Part shown: in pieces, positions 16,087-25,383 of the stretch
Numbering within the stretch: position 1 is the stretch's first letter
Layout of the letters: the number at the start of each line of letters is the position of its first letter
IMG/VR virus record: IMGVR_UViG_3300044983_000270
Location: 1-38,872 of that record
Source: a virus
Taxonomy: Duplodnaviria; Caudoviricetes
Length of the DNA: 38,872 nucleotides
Direction: 5' to 3' (one strand)
Position numbers and translations under genes: made by a program
The notes under the pieces: model-generated
Database searches by the model: none
What the model saw: only the letters and a program-made list of their open reading frames with translations
Told to the model about the DNA's origin: nothing

Positions 16087-17886
16087 TTATATCCGGAGAC
16101 AGGTGAGCTTAATTTTGTTTTCGTAAGGTACACGAAGATTTTTTGTTTTCACAAACATCCTGACGCCTGCAATTACGATCTGGTCCGTGTAATCCAGCTG
16201 CATATATAAATGCCTGGGTAAATAAAGAACGATCTCAAGCTCTTCTTGGCTCCTCAATAGCTCGAGTATATCTTTCCAAAATGTGGCATATAAGCCAACA
16301 TCGGTTCCATCAGTTTTAAAGCAGGTATATGTGAGTCCCCAATCTGCTACCTGGTTCATGTTCGCATCATAGATATGATTGCTGGCATAGCAATACAGGT
16401 CATCATCATTTGGAGCCGCTCTACCCTTAAGCCCATGATAAAATAATAAATGCAATCCCCATTCTGCGTCCTGGTCACCATGGCCAACCCATAATCCTGG
16501 ATTATCTAATCTTGGCATCAGGTCATAATTAACCGACGGCGATTGTTCCATGCCAACTGTTCCCGCTTCCGTTTCTATTTGTTCAGTAGCACCATCAGGT
16601 ATATAATCAAAAGTATTCGCTCCTAAAATGCTCCAGCTGTAATTGTCTCCATCGCTATCGCAGATGTAATAATTATTTTCACCAACGATCAAATACACAA
16701 ACCCTGCTTTGGTTTCATCGGCTGCAGGCAGGTCTGTTCTTTCATCAAGCAGCCCTTTAAAATCGATCGCAGTCAGATCCAGTTTGCCGCCACTTATGCC
16801 ATCAGTAGTGATTAATGAGTACTTAATTACATTTTGCAATACCGTCTTTGGGATATCCGGGTTGCAATACCTGGTAAAATCTTTTACGGTGCCGGTGGCT
16901 GCATTCTTCATCAATCTTATTGTGCACGTCTTGGTAGATCTGTCAAACTTCCATTCAAAACCAAACCGGTTTTGTAATTGGATTAAAAACCTGGACATGG
17001 TCCAGTCAGGTAAATGATCACTCAGGTTGAACACTACAGGATCGTTTGCATAGTAAGATGCTGTACCATTGCCCTGCCTTGCCCAATCAATAGCACGAAA
17101 AGACAACATCGTTATCTTTCTAAATGTTTCATCAGTAAGAATGTCGCCCTTCACATTCCATCCAACTGTAGCAAAAAATCTTTTAATGATATAGTGCAAA
17201 TAAGGAAAAGGAACGATCCTGTTTGCAGGATCATCATCAAGCTCTGTATAATTTGTTGGAAACCGAACGGCACCGGCTGGCCAGGCAGGATACACGGTGG
17301 GGTCCCAAAACATCCTGTTCATCTCCGGCGGATAATTATCATCATATTCGGGCCAGTCGGCATTCAGTACAGGATAAAATGCATAATCATACGCGTTAAC
17401 CGCGCCATTCGCTACCTGGTGAATATGGCGCCAGAATCCAACACCTGCATCACTGTCCAATCCATCCCATTCAAATGATCGATCGCCACCGGTATTGATA
17501 TCCCTAAGCTTTTTATCTTTTATATCCTGGAAGAAATTACTTGCACCTGCAAGAAAATAACAACTGATCTTTCCGTCTTCTACATTGTTTAGATCATTCG
17601 TTGGTTTTTCAATCTTTATTTTACCCACGCCATGCTGCATGTTTGCATCATCATAAAGTATCGCGTCAATACCGCTGCCGCTCAGTTTTTTTTGATGGAT
17701 GCTGGCATACCCCACATTGCGATTATTATGTGGGGTTGCTTTTATATCAAATGGCATCGTAAAACTTCCCTTAATGCCCTCTTCAGTAAATTGTAAGAAT
17801 GGATTGAAGTCTTCCAACTCCAGCACAGTATCAGGATATAGCTGCAGAAATTCCCCGGTCGATATGATCTGTATGCCTAGTGCCAT
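16087..17886 (-). CDS. Putative tail-tip/hub structural protein
   Basis: Position and size; NPFL...GSFTMPF N-terminus and NLSDHLPDWT...FL..LQNRFG pattern of minor tail proteins. Confidence 0.6.
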   Translation of the reverse strand: MALGIQIISTGEFLQLYPDTVLELEDFNPFLQFTEEGIKGSFTMPFDIKATPHNNRNVGYASIHQKKLSGSGIDAILYDDANMQHGVGKIKIEKPTNDLNNVEDGKISCYFLAGASNFFQDIKDKKLRDINTGGDRSFEWDGLDSDAGVGFWRHIHQVANGAVNAYDYAFYPVLNADWPEYDDNYPPEMNRMFWDPTVYPAWPAGAVRFPTNYTELDDDPANRIVPFPYLHYIIKRFFATVGWNVKGDILTDETFRKITMLSFRAIDWARQGNGTASYYANDPVVFNLSDHLPDWTMSRFLIQLQNRFGFEWKFDRSTKTCTIRLMKNAATGTVKDFTRYCNPDIPKTVLQNVIKYSLITTDGISGGKLDLTAIDFKGLLDERTDLPAADETKAGFVYLIVGENNYYICDSDGDNYSWSILGANTFDYIPDGATEQIETEAGTVGMEQSPSVNYDLMPRLDNPGLWVGHGDQDAEWGLHLLFYHGLKGRAAPNDDDLYCYASNHIYDANMNQVADWGLTYTCFKTDGTDVGLYATFWKDILELLRSQEELEIVLYLPRHLYMQLDYTDQIVIAGVRMFVKTKNLRVPYENKIKLTCLRI

Positions 17887-19733
17887 TAAAATATTTCTAT
17901 TGCAAAACCATCTGTTGTTGTTATGCTATTCCAGGTAACTACATTGCCCGTTATATCATTCGGCGGATAAACATCCAGTGTATTAGTTCTTAGATCTGCA
18001 TCTGCCGGGCTAACACTATCGAATGTGATTTTAAACTCTGACGGTCCGGTATCCGGCAATGTAAACCCATCAGAAGAATTGGCACCAACAAAACCCGCCC
18101 GCACTACTATGCCGTCAATCTCCAGGCTGTAATTGCTATCAAAATTTGTATTGTTTGCAATGATGCAATCTTCACCACCGCCGCCGCCACCGGCATTTGT
18201 ATTAAATCCTTTACTTGTCGTTCTTCCCTGAACATCATCGCCACATATAGGAATAAACTTAATTATATAATCTTCATCCATGGGCAGATCAAACACCAGC
18301 GGAAGATTAGCGTATTGTTCAATGATCGGGTTCACATGCACGCCGATTATCTGATAGCTGAATGATAGCGACGCTATCTGCGGATCATTCTCTGTAAAGT
18401 CTATGGTAACTCTTGCTGTGCCGGCAACCGGTGTATCCAATTCTTTTGTTACCACTACATCACTTATTGTCGCTCTGCATACATTATCATTAAACACTCC
18501 ATCACCAAGATCTATATCATCAGGGGTGTAATACGGCTCTCCATCGGTGGCCAGCGTCCACTCGATCGGCATCGACCAGGTAGAATCTTCTGTATTGGTT
18601 TGCTTCCAATCACCGGCCAATATATTAACGGGAAGCCATTTGCTATTTCTAAATATCCATCCTTCAAGCTTCAACTTCACATCACGCAACCGATCCTGTT
18701 CTTTCTTTTTAAGAAATCCGGCATTGCCCTGCCAGGTTTTTTTCTCCCTGTTGCCTTCGGTGGTGATAGCAGGCTGTACAAAATCGCCACTGAAATAATC
18801 TGCGGGTCTTATCTTCTCAACCACCTCTCCCTTGCCATAACTTATATTATGATTGATCGGGGCATTGCCTTTAATTCTAAGCGTATCCAATCCGCCCAGG
18901 CTATTGCGATAGAACAAACTTGTTTGTGTATAATCATGCCTGTTGTCTGATTCAAAAAAGAAGCGCTCCGTTAATGGTACATAGATGTCACCATCCTTAT
19001 AAAAAATCTGCACATCCCATTTATAGATTGTCTTATCCGGAAATAACAGATCCAGTCCCAATTGCGTGGCGCCACCAGGACAGTAATACACAACTCCCTT
19101 AGTGGCTACATCATTGTTAATCTCCTTTGTAGTGTTGCTGGCATCAGTATAATAAACCGTTGCGATCGTCTTTAACTCGTGCGTACCGGTCTCGTATGTA
19201 TTCAGCATTGCCAGGTAGATTCTTTCGTCGATCGCTGCCAATCTCCCATTCACCTGCCAGGTGAGGAACTTGATCAGCAGATCTTGCTTAAAATAATTAA
19301 CCCAAAAATTATTGCCTCGGTATTTAAATGAATCAAGACCACCTTTTACAATAAACTTTGGGAAAGCGCTTTCAGTTTCATCCCATGTGGGATCTGTGCT
19401 GACAGATGTGATCTGTCTGAATTCAATATAGTAGTTTCCTGTCTGCGCAGGAGCTTCCCAGATCTTTGTTTCATCGTTATCGATACCTGGTAGCTCGTAC
19501 TCCAGCAGGCCATGTAAAATATCTTTCAGGTTCACTTGTGCATACCCGGCTACAGGATGATAATCCAGGATCACTGCTTCTTCATACATAGCCTCTGCAG
19601 CTCTCTTAAACATTACTCTTACCTGGAAATAAACGGAAGTGTCTGAAGCTGCCAGGCTGCTGTATAATTCATACAACACCGGGTTACCGCTCCAGGCCCA
19701 ATCATATGGTCTCTTTGTAATTTCTAACGCCAT
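17886..19733 (-). CDS. Putative minor tail (distal tail-like) protein
   Basis: YRNSLGGLDT motif; beta-rich C-terminal domains after a GGGGG linker. Confidence 0.55.
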   Translation of the reverse strand: MALEITKRPYDWAWSGNPVLYELYSSLAASDTSVYFQVRVMFKRAAEAMYEEAVILDYHPVAGYAQVNLKDILHGLLEYELPGIDNDETKIWEAPAQTGNYYIEFRQITSVSTDPTWDETESAFPKFIVKGGLDSFKYRGNNFWVNYFKQDLLIKFLTWQVNGRLAAIDERIYLAMLNTYETGTHELKTIATVYYTDASNTTKEINNDVATKGVVYYCPGGATQLGLDLLFPDKTIYKWDVQIFYKDGDIYVPLTERFFFESDNRHDYTQTSLFYRNSLGGLDTLRIKGNAPINHNISYGKGEVVEKIRPADYFSGDFVQPAITTEGNREKKTWQGNAGFLKKKEQDRLRDVKLKLEGWIFRNSKWLPVNILAGDWKQTNTEDSTWSMPIEWTLATDGEPYYTPDDIDLGDGVFNDNVCRATISDVVVTKELDTPVAGTARVTIDFTENDPQIASLSFSYQIIGVHVNPIIEQYANLPLVFDLPMDEDYIIKFIPICGDDVQGRTTSKGFNTNAGGGGGGEDCIIANNTNFDSNYSLEIDGIVVRAGFVGANSSDGFTLPDTGPSEFKITFDSVSPADADLRTNTLDVYPPNDITGNVVTWNSITTTDGFAIEIF

Positions 19734-19735
19734 AG

Positions 19736-20275
19736 TTATTCCTCCTCATCCCAATCAGCCGGATCATGATCCGGCATATAACTTTTAAATGGTAGGTTCA
19801 GATCCCATCCATAATAATCGTCGAGCCAGGGCTGATCTTCTATCTTATCCCAGGATATCTTTTCAGGCTCCAGCATTTCAAGCGCATTACATCCTTCCTC
19901 GTAATCCAATTCTATCCTATTCTGAAACTGAAACATTATTTGCTCTGCCACTTTTATCGCTTCATTGATGGCATTTGTTTCATCACCGGTGCCGGTCTCT
20001 TTCTTTACTGCAAACCGCAACTGAATGGTCATTCGTAACTTCTTGTCGTCTGCCTCACCAATACGCTGACCATAATAATCAGCTACCACAACAATATTTT
20101 TAGATGCATCAGATTGTATTGATGAAATATGCTCATAGCTTTCAAATCGTGCAAAGCTTCGCCTTGCTGCAGTCTGGCCTTCTATAGGTTTTGTATGCGC
20201 AACGATTTTATTCTTTACACATAGCTCTTCCAGGTAATCCTGTATCTCATCGATATAAAAATCCGGAACACTCAT
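19736..20275 (-). CDS. Putative tail terminator/neck protein
   Basis: Position after the portal/adaptor genes; acidic 179-aa protein. Confidence 0.45.
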   Translation of the reverse strand: MSVPDFYIDEIQDYLEELCVKNKIVAHTKPIEGQTAARRSFARFESYEHISSIQSDASKNIVVVADYYGQRIGEADDKKLRMTIQLRFAVKKETGTGDETNAINEAIKVAEQIMFQFQNRIELDYEEGCNALEMLEPEKISWDKIEDQPWLDDYYGWDLNLPFKSYMPDHDPADWDEEE

Positions 20276-21123
20276 GCCGTTTGTTTCATTTGTTTTTCAA
20301 TTGCCTTTGCTTCCGCAATGCTTTCGTTTAATTGTATCATCACCAGGTTCACGTATTGCTTTTCCACCTTTTCAAAATCGCCCAGCACGCCTTCCTTTGC
20401 TACTCTCAGCATAGTGCTGATGAGTCCATACTGTGCCGGCTCTCCGCCTTCGCCGCCAAATACTTCAGGGTTATTCTCAACCAGTGTCGTTCTGAATCCA
20501 TCATAAAAAGTGGCAATGGCAAGCTTTGCTTTCATCGGCCAGTTTTTTATTTTATGCTCTGCCAGGTGATTGCATTTGTTCATATTGAACTCTTCTCTGC
20601 AGTCTCCCTCCGGGTTGATGTTGATATCGTATTCGGATCCGTCTTTATTCACACGCAGCGGACGGTAAAGTGTTGCGCATAGGTTATCGAGCAGATCAAT
20701 CTGCTCCTGGTCCTCTTTCCACCTGGTGAAGTAATCTTCTGTAAACACCATTTCCTGCATGATGAGATTGGAACATTCATCAGCTGGTCCATACAGGTTA
20801 TCGTATTGAGGCATCAGTTGCTTTGTTAATTTGATCTCATTATCGAAAATGAATCCGGTTAGATATAGATATTCATCCATGCCGGTTACTTCCACCTTCT
20901 TCCCGAGGATACCGACCCGCTTTACACAGGTGGTCACCGGTGTATTGAAAAAATCAAAGTAGCTCATATTGCAAAGCGTCTTTAAAAGCTTTAGCAATCC
21001 TTCGTCAGCTGTATACTTTTTTAAAAATAATGTCTCCATGATTTGGAGCAGCTGCTGGTAATTCAGTTCATTCCACTCTTGGGGAATATCATAGTGTTTA
21101 TTATTGAGTTCTATTGATACCAT
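20272..21123 (-). CDS. Phage morphogenesis protein (start moved to MVSIEL)
   Basis: IPQEWNEL, LYGPAD and ATLYRP motifs; abuts the upstream stop. Confidence 0.6.
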   Translation of the reverse strand: MVSIELNNKHYDIPQEWNELNYQQLLQIMETLFLKKYTADEGLLKLLKTLCNMSYFDFFNTPVTTCVKRVGILGKKVEVTGMDEYLYLTGFIFDNEIKLTKQLMPQYDNLYGPADECSNLIMQEMVFTEDYFTRWKEDQEQIDLLDNLCATLYRPLRVNKDGSEYDININPEGDCREEFNMNKCNHLAEHKIKNWPMKAKLAIATFYDGFRTTLVENNPEVFGGEGGEPAQYGLISTMLRVAKEGVLGDFEKVEKQYVNLVMIQLNESIAEAKAIEKQMKQTA

Positions 21124-21124
21124 T

Positions 21125-22132
21125 TTAAAACCTGAAAATTTTTCTTGTCTCATTCCCGCTGGTCCTGTCAGCAATATTTACATAGTTGATCAACGGTCCC
21201 TTTTCGTATGCGGTCACAAAATCTGCTTCCGGATCTTCGCTGTTATACAGCTCAACAAGCTTAGCCCGGGCCTTGGCAAGAAAATCCTGTCCCTGTTTTT
21301 CACATTCCCGGATTTTCAGCTCCAGCAGCTTCAAATCCATTGGCTGATTCGCCTGGTTATCGATCGCATTACTGCTACGTTCACCCAGTATTGTAAAACC
21401 ATTATCAGAAAAGGATACACTGAAGTGCTTACATGCTTGCATCACTGTTAAGTAAGCAAGCGCTTTCTTTAATAGCTTCATGCATTTAGCTTCATCTTCG
21501 GTCAACTCATCGGCATCACGCAGATAAATAAGAAGATCTTCGCCGATCGCTCCTTCCAGGAAGAGCTCCTGCACATCCCGCATCACACCGCGCATAATGA
21601 AAAAGCTTCTTTGTGGCTGGAAAATAGTATAACCGTCATTGTTGAACTCGGTGCCTGTGCGCAGAATTAACTCAGCTATTTTTTTATATTCATTGCTGTC
21701 CGTCCATTCCGGCCACAGGTCAGCGGTCTCAAATAAATAATTGAGTGTTATCTCTACTCCATCATTAGCAGCCGTCACTAATGACTTTTGCAACAATTGC
21801 ATTTCCCATCCGTACACCCGGTCAGTTCCACCCTGCGCATATTTTCTTGGTCCGGTATCTCCCAGGGAAAGATTATACATTCCCAGTTCATCATTGTAGC
21901 CATTGGGCGCAATGATCAATCGAAGCATTTTTACCAACTTCAATTCATCCGTTGTTAAAGTATCGGCATTATAATTTGTTTCAAGGATGTCATATAATGT
22001 TTGTCCGATAAGGGGAACAACATATTTGCCACCAAACCTGTCGAAGTTTGGCTGCAAGCCCATATTGCTGGTACTTGCTACGAGTTTCGGTAACACTTCT
22101 TTTATCTCTGCAATAGTTTTAATCAGCGCCAT
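21125..22132 (-). CDS. Putative head-tail adaptor (DUF6712-like)
   Basis: Directly after the portal; two internally similar halves (VPLIGQTLY / EGAIGEDLL). Confidence 0.55.
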   Translation of the reverse strand: MALIKTIAEIKEVLPKLVASTSNMGLQPNFDRFGGKYVVPLIGQTLYDILETNYNADTLTTDELKLVKMLRLIIAPNGYNDELGMYNLSLGDTGPRKYAQGGTDRVYGWEMQLLQKSLVTAANDGVEITLNYLFETADLWPEWTDSNEYKKIAELILRTGTEFNNDGYTIFQPQRSFFIMRGVMRDVQELFLEGAIGEDLLIYLRDADELTEDEAKCMKLLKKALAYLTVMQACKHFSVSFSDNGFTILGERSSNAIDNQANQPMDLKLLELKIRECEKQGQDFLAKARAKLVELYNSEDPEADFVTAYEKGPLINYVNIADRTSGNETRKIFRF

Positions 22133-23513
22133 CTTCTTTATTTTGCTGGCTGCCGGTGGTTATCGGTTTTGTACTGCCACCGGTGTCCAATGTTGTTAAT
22201 ATAGTTGCAGGAATAATAAACTGCAGGCCGGGAAATTTTTCTTTCCATCCGTTGAAGTGTGCGATCACATTCATAATGCAACGCACATACTGCCGTTCTA
22301 TCTCATGCAGTATTATCTGCAGCAATACGCTTTCTCTTACATTGCTGCCGCCTTGTGTTTTCTCATACGGTCCTGCCGGCTGATTACCACCAATGATGGC
22401 GTTATTATAATGCATTGCAAAAGCGATCTCACTGTTTGCAGCTGCAGAGTCGGGCAATAGCTTACCGTCTTTCATATAATCTTCCACCGGTATGATCTTT
22501 ATGTCCTGCCATTCATTGCCATCCTGGTCGCGGTATCCCGTTGTAAACACACTCTTATATGCATTCTTGCTTCCAACCAGGAACTGATCAATATCATCAT
22601 ACACCTTATTTATTTTTTCTTCCTTCTCCTTATCGCTATAGTTCTTCCAGTTGTCAGCGCCAAAAGCTTTCTCCCAATATTTTTCATAGATCACCACCAC
22701 ATACTTTACATGTATGCTGTTCTCAAAAATTGCTGCTTTCATTTCTGGCACGCCCTGGGCAATCTTCACCCATTTCAGGCATGCCCACCAAAGCGGATCA
22801 CTGTAATAATGTTTCGTCCAGTCCGGATACCTGAATGTGATCGCAAACTGGTTGCCGCTGCCGGCACTCACTTTCTTTTGCAGGTCCAGTGCAGGATTAT
22901 TAGGATCCAGGAGAGGGACTTCGATCACTTTCGGATCATCCTTACCACGCACCCGTGCCCACTCAGCGCTCAACCATATACTGGGAATAATTCGCTTTGC
23001 ATTCTTCTTACTGGATCTATACTCAGTTACATCATCACGAAGGAACCTGGTGATCTTTGGACTCTTTTTTCTGTTCAGACCGATACGTGCTACGCATTGG
23101 CCATAGCCCACCAGGTCTTTCATCCATCCATACAGTTGAAAGAACTGGTTATTGTTATCCAGGAAGTCCTCGATCTCCGCGTCGTTAATATATTTATCAA
23201 TGATCTGCTGACCGGTTTTTTCATCACGCTTCACGATCGCCGGTACCATTCCCTGGCACATGGCAAACCTTGCCTTGCCATCAATGATTGAATTAAGAAT
23301 GCCGCAGGTTTTTATATCCTCCGCCATCTCCTGTGGTTGCAGGTTATTTGTTCCCCATGGGCTCCAGGGCATCGATGGCATTCGGTCTTGGGGAATAGTG
23401 GGAGTGATAGGATTATTGATCGTATCCTGGGTTGTTTTTACTGCAGCCATATTAATGTACTGCGTGCCGGTTAGCTCACTGTATCCAATACCATTTATTA
23501 CTTTAACACTCAT
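22119..23513 (-). CDS. Portal protein
   Basis: 464 aa; PWGTNNLQP, YYSDPLW, GSKNAYKS, GGSNVRE and TTLD motifs of Bacteroidota phage portals. Confidence 0.8.
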   Translation of the reverse strand: MSVKVINGIGYSELTGTQYINMAAVKTTQDTINNPITPTIPQDRMPSMPWSPWGTNNLQPQEMAEDIKTCGILNSIIDGKARFAMCQGMVPAIVKRDEKTGQQIIDKYINDAEIEDFLDNNNQFFQLYGWMKDLVGYGQCVARIGLNRKKSPKITRFLRDDVTEYRSSKKNAKRIIPSIWLSAEWARVRGKDDPKVIEVPLLDPNNPALDLQKKVSAGSGNQFAITFRYPDWTKHYYSDPLWWACLKWVKIAQGVPEMKAAIFENSIHVKYVVVIYEKYWEKAFGADNWKNYSDKEKEEKINKVYDDIDQFLVGSKNAYKSVFTTGYRDQDGNEWQDIKIIPVEDYMKDGKLLPDSAAANSEIAFAMHYNNAIIGGNQPAGPYEKTQGGSNVRESVLLQIILHEIERQYVRCIMNVIAHFNGWKEKFPGLQFIIPATILTTLDTGGSTKPITTGSQQNKEDGAD

Positions 23514-23547
23514 AGTAGGTTTTATTTATTCACCATTCACCATTCAT

Positions 23548-23889
23548 TCATCCATTAATCACTCTCTTCCCGTTGAACGTTATGATCAGCCGGTAATGCA
23601 CAGTCATCGGGTGCGCATTGCGATCGGATGGATCGAACAACAGAACAGTTTTATTCACATGCTTCGCAGCATCCTTCAGTTGCTCCCATTTCTTTTTAAT
23701 ATATCCGGGCCTGTCATCTGCATTCATCTTCTCGCTCACCTTCATCCACTTTATCAGGGTCTTTAACTTGCCGGCAATACCTCTTCTCCGGTCGGCCTGT
23801 ACTACTTCCAGGTCAAATGATCCGCCGGCGTTAAGTAGCTTCACCACTTCGCTGCGCATTATTGTTTCTTGTAAAGGTTTTGTTGCCAT
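23548..23889 (-). CDS. Hypothetical protein preceding the portal
   Basis: VHYRLIITFNG C-terminus; first gene after a late-promoter motif. Confidence 0.65.
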   Translation of the reverse strand: MATKPLQETIMRSEVVKLLNAGGSFDLEVVQADRRRGIAGKLKTLIKWMKVSEKMNADDRPGYIKKKWEQLKDAAKHVNKTVLLFDPSDRNAHPMTVHYRLIITFNGKRVING

Positions 23890-23907
23890 CCTGACATTGT
23901 TGAAGGA

Positions 23908-23945
23908 TAAAATTCTGCATGATAGGCGGCACGGGAAAGGACAGG
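23908..23945 (-). promoter_or_regulatory. Putative late promoter (portal operon)
   Basis: CCTGTCCTTTC-N23-TTTA. Confidence 0.7.
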
Positions 23946-23954
23946 TTAAGGGAC

Positions 23955-23983
23955 AAAAAAAGCTACCGAGAACCGGTAGCTTT
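23955..23983 (-). terminator. Intrinsic terminator
   Basis: AGCTACCG-GTTCT-CGGTAGCT hairpin followed by a T run. Confidence 0.8.
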
Positions 23984-24029
23984 CAGTTGACGGATGAACG
24001 GTTGCCGAGAGGTAAGTACCAGGACAGCA

Positions 24030-24067
24030 TAAAGATGAAAAATGTTACGTATTGGTGAAAGGACAGG
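24030..24067 (-). promoter_or_regulatory. Putative late promoter with no downstream CDS before the terminator
   Basis: CCTGTCCTTTC-N23-TTTA. Confidence 0.65.
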
Positions 24068-24125
24068 ATAAATCCTTTACGGATACCCGTAATTTTTTAT
24101 AGCAGAATAATTATTTCTTTGAGAT

Positions 24126-24434
24126 ATGAGCGAGGGAAGACCAACAGAAAAATACAGGCACTTTAATCATCATCATGAGATGACAGACGGACACGCAATG
24201 GTTGATTTCGGTGATGGAGAATTTATAGCCAACAAAGTTGCAATACCGTTATTAAAGGCTCTCAATGAAGCTGGATTAAAAACCAGGACCCATCATATGG
24301 ATAGTACTGGTGGATTTGTATCAATACTTCTGGACAATGCCAGCGTTGTAATAAGACGGGTACATGAAGTGCATTCGGATAGAACAAAATATAATGGTAA
24401 AGAAGAAATTTTGATAATATGGGAGAACAGGTGA
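24126..24434 (+). CDS. Moron, hypothetical His-rich protein
   Basis: Counter-oriented 102-aa ORF ending at a hairpin; PLLKALNEAGLKT motif. Confidence 0.65.
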   Translation: MSEGRPTEKYRHFNHHHEMTDGHAMVDFGDGEFIANKVAIPLLKALNEAGLKTRTHHMDSTGGFVSILLDNASVVIRRVHEVHSDRTKYNGKEEILIIWENR

Positions 24435-24446
24435 TCCATTTTTTAG

Positions 24447-24480
24447 AAAAAGCCGGGGAGATTCTTCTCTCTGGCTATTT
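24447..24480. terminator. Probable bidirectional terminator
   Basis: AGCCGGGGAGA-TTCT-TCTCTCTGGCT between convergent genes, with A/T flanks. Confidence 0.7.
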
Positions 24481-24778
24481 ATTTTTTATTTAAAAATTTC
24501 TCAACAATATACTCCGATCCATGTTCCTTTGAAGCGGTACCTTGGCGCAGTGTAAACCTAACAACATCCACCAGGTCTTTTTCAGTAAAGCGAAAATCAC
24601 TTTCCTTCCATCCGCTTTTCTTAAGCAGTTTAATTTTCGTATCCAGGTAAATGTAAATGCCATTAGCAAGTTTATATCTCAACCTCCTTGCATACCCGGA
24701 TGTTATGCCCAATTCATTGTGTACTGCTCTTTTTGAAATCAATGAAACAAAGGCTTTATCTATGGCGGCTGTGTACAT
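24479..24778 (-). CDS. Small basic protein, possible HTH
   Basis: RAVHNELGITSGYARRLR. Confidence 0.55.
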   Translation of the reverse strand: MYTAAIDKAFVSLISKRAVHNELGITSGYARRLRYKLANGIYIYLDTKIKLLKKSGWKESDFRFTEKDLVDVVRFTLRQGTASKEHGSEYIVEKFLNKK

Positions 24779-24789
24779 CTCATGTTGAT

Positions 24790-25323
24790 TTACCAGGAAT
24801 CGTCCTTACTAGTCATGGCTCTTTTGAGAGAAGCAATAAGTTCTGTTGATTGTTTATGTGCCTGATCAAGTATATCCGCATATTGTTTCTTTGTGGTCAT
24901 GTGGTTATTGAATTTTTCCAATGGGCTTTCAGCGTCTCGTAAAGCTGTTCCTTGGGCAGGTATCATCAACGACATATCGGTTAAGGAATACTTATACTTA
25001 TTGTCTTTATTGAAAATAGAGAACTTCATTTTAATATATATCTTCTGTTTAAACACCCACGACTGAATGTAAACGGGCATCAACCCTTTTACAACAACAG
25101 TCTTAGATTCATCGTCGTTAAGCTGAGTAACATCCTTCCCGCTAACAAAACTATTAACCACCCATAGTTTAGATTTGCTGTATAAAGATTGCGATGAAGC
25201 TGAGTCCACTTGAACGATGTCAGTATATTCAAAATAGCCTGCTGAATTTTTTGGTATAGAATCCTTCTGTGCAAGAATAAAATTTGTTGCTAATAGGAGC
25301 AAGCAGGTATAGATTGTTTTCAT
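24790..25323 (-). CDS. Exported moron protein, DUF4468-like
   Basis: Signal peptide; LYSKSKLWV..F...KDV.Q..D.ES..VVVKG and KDNKYKY. Confidence 0.7.
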   Translation of the reverse strand: MKTIYTCLLLLATNFILAQKDSIPKNSAGYFEYTDIVQVDSASSQSLYSKSKLWVVNSFVSGKDVTQLNDDESKTVVVKGLMPVYIQSWVFKQKIYIKMKFSIFNKDNKYKYSLTDMSLMIPAQGTALRDAESPLEKFNNHMTTKKQYADILDQAHKQSTELIASLKRAMTSKDDSW

Positions 25324-25383
25324 TCAAGAAAGATAGTAAAATTAATTGTTCAATAAATACCACTTTCGTAGTAAGTAAATTCA

